Notes under the pieces: model-generated
Databases searched by the model: none
What the model saw: the letters and a program-made list of their open reading frames with translations, nothing else
Told to the model about the DNA's origin: nothing
Virus record (IMG/VR): IMGVR_UViG_3300017724_000003
Coordinates: 1 to 57,903 of that record
Direction: 5' to 3' (one strand)
Source of the DNA: a virus
Length of the DNA stretch: 57,903 nucleotides
Shown: in pieces, positions 26,201 to 35,049 of the stretch
Numbering within the stretch: the stretch's first letter is position 1
Layout of the letters: every line of letters begins with the position of its first letter
Translations under genes and position numbers: made by a program

Positions 26201-29200
26201 TTGTCTCCCACGGGGATTAGTTCGGCCATATCCAGCAGCACATCAAGGTCTGCGTCAGCGATTTCCACTGGAATTTTAGATGCTTCGTATGAGCTAATGA
26301 ATGCACGCGCTGGTGCATTGGCACCAGGCGTGAATGGCTCAAAGGAACTCTCAGCGAGCTTTGTGCCGTAGGTTGCGCTTCCGTCTACGTAACCAACCTC
26401 AAAGTCCTTGATGCTGGACTTGCCGAGCAACGTGTTGATGTCAGCACCAGACTGGAGTTGTTTCTGCGAAATCACACGGATGGGTTTGTCCGGGTCAACG
26501 GGACGTAAGGCCAGGATTCTACCGTCTGCGTCTATGTTCGGAACGTCAGGTACATTTCCAGATACTTCGCCTTTGACCCTTTTAGTGTCAACGCCGTTGA
26601 CTTCTGCAATCAAACGGTCAAGGTCACCATGACCATCAACAAAGTCGTTAGCAATCTGAGTAAGACGGCTACGCTCTGGCATAGACGGCTCGTCGATGTT
26701 TACGTCAGCTTTGGGTGCACTCTCGGCTTCGCCACGCATGTAGCGCATGAGCGCTTCATCTTTGTAGTTTTGCTTAGTGACGGGGTCGTAAAAGTATCCC
26801 TTGCCATACTCGGCTCGCTCACGCTTGACTGCTTTACGGCCACCCGGGAGTGACTTGGTTGTTGCCGCACCACCAAAGATTTCTTCTCCGCCAGTGGAGA
26901 CGTAAGAGACGGGTGACATGTCTTGCTCGCGACGAGTCCGGGTTTTACCGTCCGGGTCGGTAACGTCCTTCATTAGCTCACGCTCTGCGTAAGCTCTTGC
27001 CTGGTCTGCACCATAAATGGTGTTACCCTTTGCGCCTTCGGTTCCTTTGATGACCTTGGGTGCTGGGCCGATAACTGTGCGCCCGTCGCCTATATCTGTG
27101 TTGCGACGCAGGAAGCTCTGTAGACGACCACGGGATGTGCGGCCAGCAGTTGTTTCAACTGGGGGACTTCCGAGTGGACTACTGGTTTGGCTTTTAGGCT
27201 CAGGCTTGGGCAAGAAGCTCTCGGACAGTGCTTGACCCTCTGCGATTGTCGTTGCGACATCCTCGTCCATGCTGGGGTTGTTTGCCAGCAGGTTCTCTTT
27301 GAGTATCTTTGCGCGACGCTTTTGTGTCTTTGTTAAGTTGGCGCGAGACTGGAATGCAGACTGAGCAAGCTCAGCTTCTACCGCATCCATCAGCTCGTCT
27401 GCATTCTTGGGGTCTGTTTTGCGTAAGATTTCCCTGATAACACGAGGCTCTTGCTCAAGCAGGGTAAAGAAACCATCATCGCCCAGCTTTTCGCGGATAG
27501 GTGTAAGCGCATTCAGGGCGCGCTCTGCGAGACCTTCGCCCAGTCGCGCTGAATCCCGCGCTTCTTTTGTGGCTTGTCGGAGCTGTTTGGTTGATTGCGT
27601 AGTAAGAGCGCCGCTATCGGTCGTATCAATATCGCCGTTGGCAATCATCGCACGCAAGTCATCCTCGTCCATGCCAGCATCTTCTAGCATCTTCGTCATG
27701 GTCTTGCGTTGGTTGTCGCTCCGATAGTTGATGTCTGCTGGCTGCTCGACCGCTTCGTCGGCTACGTCAGCTACTACATCTGGAGTTGCATCCGCTGGGC
27801 GTGCTGCTGTCTGTACCTCAACACCTTTGTTCTTGGCAATCTTCCTTACGTCGGCAATGGTAAATCCATTCTTGCCTGATGGTGTCTGGCCAGCGAAGTC
27901 TTCTGGAGTGAGCCCTGCGCCAACCGCTTTTTCTTTGACTGAGTTACGGCTGAACTTAAAGTCGTCCAGGTTCGGGGCGGGAGCTTCTTCCGCCTGAGCT
28001 TCTACATCCGGGGCTGCCTCGGTTGCTTCCGGGGTTGCGTCTTCTTTTTTCTTCTTCGCAGCAAACTCGGCTTCTGCCTTGCGTAGACGTTCTATGATTC
28101 CAGGGTCACCGTTCTCGATTGCCTGGTCGTACAGCGCACGCAGATTATTTAACTCAGTGTTGAGTCGGCGTGCTTTGTCTATTCGCGCTGGTTCGTTTGA
28201 AGCAAAGTTATCGGCAATCTCGGCCTGGTAGTTATTCATGCGGTCGCCAAGGCTACGCATCTCCGTCAACGTGTTTATTCTTGCCTGGATTGCTTCCTTG
28301 TTTCCTGGGTTATCAAGGTTGTCGCGCAGGTCTTCAGCCGCTCTGGCAATCTCATTATCAATCGCGGCTACGTTTATCTCGCGCCCTACGTCGATGCCAG
28401 TGCGGTTGTCTCCGTCAATCTCCGCTGCTTGTTGTGCGCCTGCATCAACGTCCGCATCAACTTCGGGTACTTCTTCTTCAATAAAGTCTGGGTTGGCTGA
28501 ACGCTGCAAGTCAGTCTTGAGGACTTGACCCACGTATGGCTGCGGCATTTGCAGGATGTCTTCTTCGGTGTATCCCAAGTCTGCGAGCTTTTTATTTTCG
28601 CGAGCGATGGTTCCTGGTGCGGCTACATTGCGGCCCATCTTTTGATAAGCGCCACCAGCGGCACCAAATACGCCACCAGCTACACCACCAAGAGCACCAC
28701 CAAGGGCTGTTGCTCCAGCAAGTTCGCCAACACTGAACCCGTCCTGTAGACCAACCTGTTGGTCTCGGACTTGCTCGAGCGCATTGAATGCGCCTTCAGT
28801 CAGTGCCCCGGCGGCTGCCTCGCCTTTGGCACCAGCCGTAACCGCTTTACGCATTACAGCATTGCCACCAGTTCTGATTGCAGCTTTCGCTGCTGCGCCA
28901 CCAGCCCCGAAACCAATTAGGTTAAGTGGGTCGGCTGCGGCAGCGAGAATGTTTTGACCAAGCCCAGCAGCACCGCGTCCGCCTTCTTCATAGAAGTTGG
29001 GCGTGCTGTCATAAACCTCTTTCATGCGGCGCATGAGAGTGACTTGTCTGTCGTCTGATGTGTATGCCTCACCAACCTGCTTGGCCAGTGAAACGGAGTT
29101 CATAGATGCCCACGTCTGGTCAGAGTAAAACTCATCAATCAGGTCGGCGTCATTATCGAAGTATTGGCTTTTCTTGGAATAGTATTCGCGCAGCTCAGCG

Positions 29201-29337
29201 ATAAAACGCGGGTCGCGAAATGCGTCCAGTCCAGTTGCGGTGCTTAATGTGCCTGAGTCGTAGGAAGAGACATCACTGACCTCTTCGTCAAAGCTGAACA
29301 GGTCGGTGTTGTAGTTGTTGTCAAACTCATTTGCCAC
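20206..29337 (-). CDS. Giant (3043 aa) virion-associated / ejection-type multidomain protein with an HExxH metallopeptidase-like motif and C-terminal hydrophobic segments
   Basis: Single uninterrupted ORF at the distal end of the late operon. GTG start with GGAG 8 nt upstream. HELAH encoded at 25717-25731 (aa 1203-1207). Gly/Ala-rich N-terminal segments, with TM-like stretches near the C-terminus. Confidence 0.8.
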   Translation of the reverse strand: MANEFDNNYNTDLFSFDEEVSDVSSYDSGTLSTATGLDAFRDPRFIAELREYYSKKSQYFDNDADLIDEFYSDQTWASMNSVSLAKQVGEAYTSDDRQVTLMRRMKEVYDSTPNFYEEGGRGAAGLGQNILAAAADPLNLIGFGAGGAAAKAAIRTGGNAVMRKAVTAGAKGEAAAGALTEGAFNALEQVRDQQVGLQDGFSVGELAGATALGGALGGVAGGVFGAAGGAYQKMGRNVAAPGTIARENKKLADLGYTEEDILQMPQPYVGQVLKTDLQRSANPDFIEEEVPEVDADVDAGAQQAAEIDGDNRTGIDVGREINVAAIDNEIARAAEDLRDNLDNPGNKEAIQARINTLTEMRSLGDRMNNYQAEIADNFASNEPARIDKARRLNTELNNLRALYDQAIENGDPGIIERLRKAEAEFAAKKKKEDATPEATEAAPDVEAQAEEAPAPNLDDFKFSRNSVKEKAVGAGLTPEDFAGQTPSGKNGFTIADVRKIAKNKGVEVQTAARPADATPDVVADVADEAVEQPADINYRSDNQRKTMTKMLEDAGMDEDDLRAMIANGDIDTTDSGALTTQSTKQLRQATKEARDSARLGEGLAERALNALTPIREKLGDDGFFTLLEQEPRVIREILRKTDPKNADELMDAVEAELAQSAFQSRANLTKTQKRRAKILKENLLANNPSMDEDVATTIAEGQALSESFLPKPEPKSQTSSPLGSPPVETTAGRTSRGRLQSFLRRNTDIGDGRTVIGPAPKVIKGTEGAKGNTIYGADQARAYAERELMKDVTDPDGKTRTRREQDMSPVSYVSTGGEEIFGGAATTKSLPGGRKAVKRERAEYGKGYFYDPVTKQNYKDEALMRYMRGEAESAPKADVNIDEPSMPERSRLTQIANDFVDGHGDLDRLIAEVNGVDTKRVKGEVSGNVPDVPNIDADGRILALRPVDPDKPIRVISQKQLQSGADINTLLGKSSIKDFEVGYVDGSATYGTKLAESSFEPFTPGANAPARAFISSYEASKIPVEIADADLDVLLDMAELIPVGDNQSQNPFALLGRLKGAEINKQRLDTILRTAEMSVGWPNIGKANGGGINLNKQGNVVDFVRAMYEFRAKYIPEEIRLPTEALKESQRQFKVHAINFNASEKKEGRRLLEVLSGAGKGSPKFGEPDVAGANGMYRPEQNTVQVAAEQVNPMTPRVHTMVHELAHWAYNNVLSNEDRLTFWDGMQKYMNEGRADEDAILDMNVPDAQLAGAMRLRKDTRSPQEFFADQFMIWANQERLSPKFRDVAYYERMSQYVSPEWWGEVSRYIRNVVDQMMNPNKVDADLVPLFSKIMPEPERAVAAQGGVDAPSSAGGKALVRRMVDFQLIADDLIEAIELDSPEGILHQAQELANRLYGLVGAGSDNTSFGLTKKTNGLSRTLYKRIYDALDMPEEVVASGEFDEFMRTDAYLSGIERRAESVLKAVDGILDGETDGQAMSAFEILDIMIGEGRKTFNNLPDEASKILPDLSLAPRPKPHPYREKMKAIGRNAKRRRNAEKRPAKTEAQVKQQAIEPDVTTTAPTEMEDTFSPRVASTDKIQRAFDQNKNDYGRQLGMELLHRQRAEVQDPSITETGVTDQVVADAVGTEVTYTVGVDKDSVTPSGPFALREAQSQLSQRNPVVAHGMRTLYSRINILTGMQEGEMTIGLLNSIGGDYSRATDTEMFMGDYASDSFKNARNNLRKIAVKIEASDESAVDDLIDLVIGSELVEVGDVQDVFGVETREQAINIIKSSMRKSSNKLNLSNDAIEMVEYVSENIAYLTNGIMPNELKLAHPMIDRFGNMFSPPEASFSSLPGRSTVIRERMSTPMAAEFAGEAFSTATPGRKNAILNFVGNGVGGGDTPVPYFGGRTKGGVVKPEKTGFGRAKRVFMDASDVDERAGLTAEKIASIMEGQSEEAIADMQGLLESRARFQELSAKMRDRAEQGENADVFSAEAEIAEYQISEIDRELDSLFPGQKSAEPVYIKAESVAHFDDAVSYDMRDSSLINAIVNDLMARDAGVTQEKLRLAAEGLSQEMTGTEAHAWLKGLIDPSAKNPATAEREIRTTLGNIGVDSVTETVDGKRSLVVFHNENVRPVDDTYFDNTSIDSDIGFGAKPAIRAVNNAFMSTAFEGLQLNGQHATSLGVALDQSGMAPSATSGMIKMSKGKVPDSREAGAMGRLWNKGFLENSERLRRDGLNWFADWIAPSREAGTGHFERVNGKTGSILVPLFKQLRSLKDSPGTLNSWLRSQTQYTFMPEKFRAKQPGSHRKIVNALRRPTGNRYEQSMDAAERAAYKNIRGIFDRLHGEMKDQGVMIGAVNNYFPQVWNVEKIRQNEDAFLKSMANYFKRESMDRDAPLNDNQALETARRVMGNLIDDDGVYTPPPTGGSRDVTGDHLDYQRLIRLDKFVEELDDVGNYLEDDLEAIMSKYVDGAVRRIDFSQKFGQQSHGFHDYMLVIEDSGDMTQSIGHLLSTNKIAKRELRSFESNTNDTVDIGSLERITPMPFQDRAGGVEAAKEAISRAQEGSAAVKDYLMSLDTSTNAIDKGVYEKRVDAITGAIMDRQALGSRPHADVVKGANGVMRAIMRKPVDASSVNFSGAHTFSKNMRNFNSVTLLGFTTLTSLGDPALSAIRTGSLKSWSQGMAKYAADPHYRDFIRSSGVAIENIVHERMTGLYGSVSSKNTVAFFNGTMLTPWTNTQREMAGAVGFEWFKSEFNRAITNFNPQAPLTAQNRTFKKAYRILRRYGLDDMLAQNRRIDNVSDFNEMPELRSAINKFANESIFTPNPNDIPLWAQTPVGAMIFQLKSYPLMLQRMVGDSIKQATQVDPVTGGGRRFGPLLMLASVAPAAGAGTLAVKDVVQRRGEDGDNLRERSAQEMAERLGFDPGLHGDVDAFLGWYLEGFVMLGGLGLLADMMYQTTEQVDQGGAYGAMRTAGVAGGPWVGTLWAGYDVVSGGWDAAMRGDENGTGKERNAMRAVAQRIPVAGGIRSLREDLVDKVAGEPTKPGKKSSGWNTNWTKDWD

Positions 29338-29408
29338 GTCGGTACTCCAGTTTCCGGTTTAGTGGATATTTCCACCAAACTACTGGAGAACCTGCTATGT
29401 GGTCGTCC

Positions 29409-31283
29409 TTATTGGAGAGCCTCAATTATGCGGCGGCGTAACTCTGCCTCCTCCGCTTTGGCATCCGCGCCATCAGGTCGACCGTATCGGTTCAGAGGTG
29501 TCGTTCTGATAAGGCCAGCTTGGTCCATAATGGTGTCGAACATTTTGTTTGATGGACGTTGATTGCTTCGAGGGTTCACCCTGCGGCCAGGAGCCGAGAA
29601 CGACTGAGCGTTACCACCCATCCGACGGACTTCCTCAGCAAGGCGCTGGATGTCAGCATCGCTAATATCTCTGTTTGTTAGTCCGCCCGCTACTCGACGG
29701 CTCGCAAGGTCAAGCTGACCTTCGACGCTCGCTCTGCGTTCCAGAAGCATCATCTTTTGCTGCTCAAGTGTGGCTTTCGCAGTTTCGCCGGAGGCGTTGT
29801 TCGCGGTTATCATCTGCGCGTTAAAGTCGCCGTCAAACGTCGCCAGGAAGTTTGCTTGGTTTTGGCCGTATGCTACAGCGCCATTGATTTGCTGGATGTC
29901 TCTGTCAATCCTGGCCAACTCAGCATCAATATCTGCCATGTGAGCTTGGTATGCTTGAGGACCAAAGCGAGACTGCATCTTGTTCATCTTGCCCGCGAGA
30001 TAATCATCGGTAGGCTGAGCGACCTTAGCGGTTCGGTCGGCTGATTCTCGAACGCGAACGCCTATCTCTCCCTCGTTTCCGCTGTCGCCGAACATCTCTT
30101 TTGAGTAGGCGCTGGCGGTGGTCATGGCTTTTGGGCGGCCCGTTGCACTAACGTATGAGTCCACTAGCCTAGACTCGTAATCGGCGATAGGCACCAACTG
30201 TCCCCCAGCGGACTGGAGGATTTTGTTTACCGCGTCGTCATACGTGATGTCGTCTTCGTCTACCAACTGCTGCGCAGCAGCAATAACTCCTGATATGCCG
30301 CCTGCACCTGCTGGACGATAGGAAGTAGAGATGGCTCTGATGGCGTCTTGCACACCTTGTGGGTAGCTATCCAAGTTGATGGCATTCTTCATTCTCTCGG
30401 ATATTGCTTCAGACTGATTCTTGGCATACGTCATAGCCTCGGAACGAGACTTGCCTATCGTTTCGGTATGGAGCGTCTGCTGCTGAGTTTGAATCGCGTT
30501 GTTGATGAATGTCTTGATTTGAGGGTCTGCGTTAGCGTAGCGGCCCAGCTCAGGCATAATCATCTCAAGCTGCCCATCGCGGTACATATTGATTGCATTA
30601 GGGTCAGAGGCCAGCGTTCTTACTTGCTGGTACATCTCTGCTCTTTTGGCTTCGTCGAACTTGCTCTTTTGGTTGGTGAAAGCTGTTCTGAATGCAGGCG
30701 CATTTGCAATACCTTTGTTGGCGAGGCCCGTTGCAAAATCATCATAGGTGCCAAAGTTCTCAATGACCTGTGTCATTGAGTCTTGGTTGTCATCAAGGTA
30801 GCGACGGACAAACTGGTTCTCTACGTTGTTGTCCAGATTGTTGACGAAGTTCTGGAGCTCAGGCATCGCCAGGGACGCATACTCAGAAGACGGGGTGTCA
30901 AGCTCTAGCCTCTTTAAGACCTGGTCTTTTGCTAAGCCAAAGTTCCCTGTGTCGAGGTATCCAGTATAGAGCTGCTCACGAATTTCTTTCTTGCGCCTGT
31001 CCATGAAGTCCATGTCTTGACCCATGCGCGTGCGCTCTGCTTCAAGGCGTGCCTCGCGGTTACGCTTTGCGACTTCGTCTACAGCCTGGCGATTTCCGCC
31101 CGCAGCACGCAGATAAGGATTCCCACCAGCTATCTGGTTGATGGCCGATTGCAGCTCTGTCGCTGTGGCGTATGGGTTATTCTTCTTGAAGTCCTCATAG
31201 GCTTTTGCGACGTCCAGACGCTTGGTTTCCAATTCGTCTGTGCGGTCCCGATAACCTTCGTAAGCGTATCCACCGAATGCCAT
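29409..31283 (-). CDS. Large internal virion / ejection protein candidate (624 aa)
   Basis: Long helical, Q/A/R-rich ORF in the late operon next to other coiled-coil proteins. Function inferred from position only. Confidence 0.6.
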   Translation of the reverse strand: MAFGGYAYEGYRDRTDELETKRLDVAKAYEDFKKNNPYATATELQSAINQIAGGNPYLRAAGGNRQAVDEVAKRNREARLEAERTRMGQDMDFMDRRKKEIREQLYTGYLDTGNFGLAKDQVLKRLELDTPSSEYASLAMPELQNFVNNLDNNVENQFVRRYLDDNQDSMTQVIENFGTYDDFATGLANKGIANAPAFRTAFTNQKSKFDEAKRAEMYQQVRTLASDPNAINMYRDGQLEMIMPELGRYANADPQIKTFINNAIQTQQQTLHTETIGKSRSEAMTYAKNQSEAISERMKNAINLDSYPQGVQDAIRAISTSYRPAGAGGISGVIAAAQQLVDEDDITYDDAVNKILQSAGGQLVPIADYESRLVDSYVSATGRPKAMTTASAYSKEMFGDSGNEGEIGVRVRESADRTAKVAQPTDDYLAGKMNKMQSRFGPQAYQAHMADIDAELARIDRDIQQINGAVAYGQNQANFLATFDGDFNAQMITANNASGETAKATLEQQKMMLLERRASVEGQLDLASRRVAGGLTNRDISDADIQRLAEEVRRMGGNAQSFSAPGRRVNPRSNQRPSNKMFDTIMDQAGLIRTTPLNRYGRPDGADAKAEEAELRRRIIEALQ

Positions 31284-31293
31284 TACTTATCTC

Positions 31294-32763
31294 CTAACCG
31301 TTAAAAATGCCGCCGGGTTTCTTTTCATCTAAGAAACTCCCGAGACTTGTAACAACATCAGCGCCCGCACTACCCGCTGCTCTATACGCGTCTGCGGTTC
31401 GGTCGTAAGCCTTATCGGCAGACGCCTGCGCGTTCGTTGCATTTGAGTTAAGAGCAGTCGAGCCTTGCTGGAAGAAAGTGTTGGCGTCTGGTGTGTTGAG
31501 GTTTGGCATCGCTGCATAACCAGAGGCTTGCGTGCCTGCCATGCTCAGTGTCGGCATATTTAGTGTGCTTCCATACCCTTGAGACAGGTTTCCGATGGAG
31601 CGGATTTGACTGTCAATATCCAACGGCCCACTCACCCCTACCATAGATGTGCTCGGACCACGCGATGTGTATGCGTTGTAAGCGCTACCAACATCACGGT
31701 CTAAGACGCCAGATGTGCTTGGGTTGCTGAGTCGAGCCTGAATATCAAGGCCAGTTGTGCCTACTTGCTGCTCAGCATCAAGATTAACGCCGAGGGCTTC
31801 ACGTAGGTTCTTGAAGCGGTCTTGTGCGATTTGATTTTCTGCCGCCACTTCACGTCCAGCTTGGGTGTTTGCATCAGCACGAGCCCGCATGAACTGAGGA
31901 GCAATCCGTGCCAATATCTCTGCACGCTGCGCGTTGCTTGAGCCACCGCCTTGCATGCCTTTCCTGATAAGGTCGGCTTCTAGTGTAGACAGGTTTCTGT
32001 CGAGTGCTTGGTCTACCTCTTGACTGTACTGGTCGTAGTAGCGGTTAGACAGACGAGATATGTCATCTGCGCCAGCGAGCTCTGGTGCGGTGATGCGACC
32101 GTACTCATCGAGTACACCGCGCATGCGGTTGCGAGTGTCTACGGCTTGACCGATTGCTTGGTTCTGGCGGTCGATTTCAAAGCGTCGCTCTTCCTGTCGC
32201 GCCAACTTGTCTTCGTCCAGACGACGTAGACGTTCCTGGTATTCGTCCGCTACAACCTGGTCACCCCGGTCCATTCGTCTTTGTTCTTCACGGCGCTGAC
32301 GTCGCGCTCTATCGCGCTCACGCTGAAGTTCAGCTAGAGCAAACTCACGCTCTTGTCGCGTTAATTTATCGTCTCGAGCAATCCGCTCGAGCTCAAACTC
32401 GCGTCGGTCACCCTCTAGTTCATCGGTCATTGCCTGGCGACCAACAGTTCTGTTTATCTGGTCGGTAAGGCGCTCCTCATTACGAACATCAAATCCGCGC
32501 AAATAGCGTTGACGTTCTTGTTCGGCGAGGTTTTGTTGCCTAGCAAGCTCTTGGCGGTATTCGTTTTGCTCTTCTGCAATACGCATGTTGTATGCGCCAA
32601 GCTCTGTCATTGCTGCTGCATTGGACAGGTTATCTTTGCGAGCTTGTTCTGCTACCGCATTTTGATACGCCAGTTGTTTGGCTTGTTGCTTGGCTGCCTT
32701 ATTGGAGCCAAACATGCCTGCAACAGATGAGCCTACAGCGAAGGCTGTTGAGAACGCGACCAT
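31294..32763 (-). CDS. Coiled-coil internal virion protein candidate (489 aa)
   Basis: Hydrophobic N-terminus (MVAFSTAFAVGSSVAGMFG) followed by an extremely E/R/Q-rich helical region. Confidence 0.6.
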   Translation of the reverse strand: MVAFSTAFAVGSSVAGMFGSNKAAKQQAKQLAYQNAVAEQARKDNLSNAAAMTELGAYNMRIAEEQNEYRQELARQQNLAEQERQRYLRGFDVRNEERLTDQINRTVGRQAMTDELEGDRREFELERIARDDKLTRQEREFALAELQRERDRARRQRREEQRRMDRGDQVVADEYQERLRRLDEDKLARQEERRFEIDRQNQAIGQAVDTRNRMRGVLDEYGRITAPELAGADDISRLSNRYYDQYSQEVDQALDRNLSTLEADLIRKGMQGGGSSNAQRAEILARIAPQFMRARADANTQAGREVAAENQIAQDRFKNLREALGVNLDAEQQVGTTGLDIQARLSNPSTSGVLDRDVGSAYNAYTSRGPSTSMVGVSGPLDIDSQIRSIGNLSQGYGSTLNMPTLSMAGTQASGYAAMPNLNTPDANTFFQQGSTALNSNATNAQASADKAYDRTADAYRAAGSAGADVVTSLGSFLDEKKPGGIFNG

Positions 32764-32766
32764 AGT

Positions 32767-35049
32767 CTAGTTCCTTCCTAGCGCAATGTTCTGCGCAAAC
32801 GATGATTGGTTAAGCATGTTGAGCAATTCGTCTTCCTCAGACTGGTTGGCCAGGAAGGCGTTTAATTGTTCTTCTGTCATAACGTCGTTAGCGTCTCCTA
32901 CGCTTGGGAACTGCAAGTTACCGAACTGGTCAATCAGCGCCTCAATCTCCGCAGCGCCTTGGCCTTCACGGAACGCGACCTCGTCAGCATCGCCTGCCAG
33001 TCGATTGCTTTCTTTGGCAAGGACTTGCTCAAGAGCGGCAAGCTCGTCTGCTGCTTGTTGTGCACCGAAGGTCTCGGCTCGCTGACGTATCTGCTCAACT
33101 TCTTGCCGCGCAGTGTCCACGTCTGAGGGATTAAAGAACTCACGGTTCCTGATGTCTTGCAGTGATGCCAATGCGTCAGACTCAATGCCTCCACGCTCAC
33201 CACCTAGCTCTCTCAAGCGGGCGTCGACTTGACCAATAGCATCTTCGATAGCGTTGACGTTTGCTGTTGTACCGCCCTGGAATCGGCCCAGGTCGGCCAG
33301 CTCACGTTCAAAATCTGAACGTCGACTCATAAGCCCGGACTCATCAGACAATGCTATGTCCTGTAGCCCGGCCAGGGACTCATCAATATCAGTTGTCGGG
33401 TCGTCTACGCGGCCAGAGAGGAGCTCGGCCACGACGTTCCTTTGTGCCTCAAGGGCTTGGTTACGCCCTCCAAGCAGCTCATCAAGGGATGCTCGCGCGC
33501 CAGACAACCCTGCGGATGCACCGGAGAAGTCTGTGGACAGGTCGGACGTTACGCCACCAATATCTGCCTCAAGGGCAGATAGCGCGTCCTGTAGGTCTTC
33601 GATTTCAGACAGGTTATACATGTCCTGGCGGTCACTTATGCGGCCAAGGGAATCTGCGCGGTTCTGGAAGTTGCGACCAAGGCCAGAGAGGCGGCTCTGC
33701 TCAGCAGCCCGCTGCTGACCCAAAGAGTAAATGTCCTCGTCTAGGTCATAGAGGTCTGCAAGCTCGTTGGAGAAGTTAAAGTCCAAGTCGCTCTCAAAGT
33801 CGCGCAATGCTCCGCGCTGTGTGTCGAGCCTTCCAGTGAGGGCCTCGATGGTTTCGGCGTCTGCATCGGCAATGCCCATCCTGTCTAAGGATGCAATGAG
33901 GTCGTCTATTTCTGTGCGAGCCGTACCAGAGGCAGTGTCGACCCGACCCTGCTCTAATTCTTTTGCTGATGTGCGCCCTGCAATAATGTTCTCCAGCTCG
34001 GTAAGTTCGTTGAGGGCCGCCTTCCGGTTGTCATCAAATCCGAGCACGCTATCAAACGCGTTGATGTCGTTGCGAGCTACCGCAAGTTCTCGTGCGTATT
34101 TACCGAAGTCATCGTTGATGTCGGCAAACTCCACGTCGATGTCAGCAGCGTTTGCTTGATTTACGTAGTCAGAAAAGAAGTCCTCAATGCGACCCTTTTC
34201 TGCGGTCTCTTCAGAACGCAGGCCAGAGATAAGTGCTTCGATGTCGTCAATTTGAGTTTGGTACCTGTCCGTCATACCAACATTCAGCTTGTTCAGAGTT
34301 GGCATGTCATAGGCAACAGCGCCGCCGTATGAGGTGCCAGCGGCTTGGAACCCTGGGTCTACAGGCATACCAAAAGCGTCGTAGTCTATAAGTTTATCGT
34401 AATAAGTCCCCGTGTCGCCAAAATTTCTGCCGCCGTAGGGGTCGTAGGTAAAGTCCTCAATGCCTTCTCCTAAGTCACCGTAGAGCGTATTGCTGATTGA
34501 GGAGCTTATACCGCTGATGTCCCACCACGGTATATTGTTCTGCTTCTTCCAGTTAAATACATCGCCGGGACTAGCAACGTCTACGCCATCGGCAATCATT
34601 CTTTTTCGCAAGTTTTCTTTCTGGTCTAATTCGCGCTGGGCCTTTTTCGACTTCTGCCCCGAGATTTCGTCAGCGTATAACGATTCATAGGCAGCCTTGT
34701 CCGTATTGAAGCGCCGCTTGTTATCTGCAACACGCTCTTCGTTGGTTTGCAGAAAGTCGACGTCTCCTTGTGATACACCAGCGAAGTTGCGGTCGAGAGC
34801 CTTTAGGTCTGTCTGAATATCACCAAGGCCGGAAAGGTCATCGCCTAGCTTTAGGCCAGACACTGTGTCGGTGTAGTTATCAAGCGTTGAGCCAAAACCG
34901 GACAACTGCGTGTTGAAGTCATCAACTCGCGAGTTGTACGCTTTAGCGATGTTTCCTCGGCGATAGTTCTCACTTCTCACCTGGTTTTGTCGCTGCTTTG
35001 TATAATCGGGCGGCGGCGGGGGAGCCGGAGGTCCTGATTTCTTACCCAT
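32767..35049 (-). CDS. Acidic coiled-coil virion protein candidate (760 aa) with an N-terminal poly-Pro stretch
   Basis: MGKKSGPPAPPPPPDY... followed by D/E/L-rich repeats. Late operon context. Confidence 0.6.
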   Translation of the reverse strand: MGKKSGPPAPPPPPDYTKQRQNQVRSENYRRGNIAKAYNSRVDDFNTQLSGFGSTLDNYTDTVSGLKLGDDLSGLGDIQTDLKALDRNFAGVSQGDVDFLQTNEERVADNKRRFNTDKAAYESLYADEISGQKSKKAQRELDQKENLRKRMIADGVDVASPGDVFNWKKQNNIPWWDISGISSSISNTLYGDLGEGIEDFTYDPYGGRNFGDTGTYYDKLIDYDAFGMPVDPGFQAAGTSYGGAVAYDMPTLNKLNVGMTDRYQTQIDDIEALISGLRSEETAEKGRIEDFFSDYVNQANAADIDVEFADINDDFGKYARELAVARNDINAFDSVLGFDDNRKAALNELTELENIIAGRTSAKELEQGRVDTASGTARTEIDDLIASLDRMGIADADAETIEALTGRLDTQRGALRDFESDLDFNFSNELADLYDLDEDIYSLGQQRAAEQSRLSGLGRNFQNRADSLGRISDRQDMYNLSEIEDLQDALSALEADIGGVTSDLSTDFSGASAGLSGARASLDELLGGRNQALEAQRNVVAELLSGRVDDPTTDIDESLAGLQDIALSDESGLMSRRSDFERELADLGRFQGGTTANVNAIEDAIGQVDARLRELGGERGGIESDALASLQDIRNREFFNPSDVDTARQEVEQIRQRAETFGAQQAADELAALEQVLAKESNRLAGDADEVAFREGQGAAEIEALIDQFGNLQFPSVGDANDVMTEEQLNAFLANQSEEDELLNMLNQSSFAQNIALGRN

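Noticed and set aside
20335-29337. Dozens of plus-strand ORFs of 60-155 aa inside the giant gene (e.g. 21013-21405, 23513-23899, 24346-24813)
   Set aside because: They are antisense to a 9.1-kb uninterrupted ORF and give Ser/Arg/Leu-rich translations typical of antisense frames.
20206-29337. The giant ORF as an N4-like virion RNA polymerase
   Set aside because: I recognised no T7-like RNAP motifs by eye, and the genome lacks other N4-like hallmarks. This is not excluded without a profile search, so it is left as a check under the giant-protein finding.
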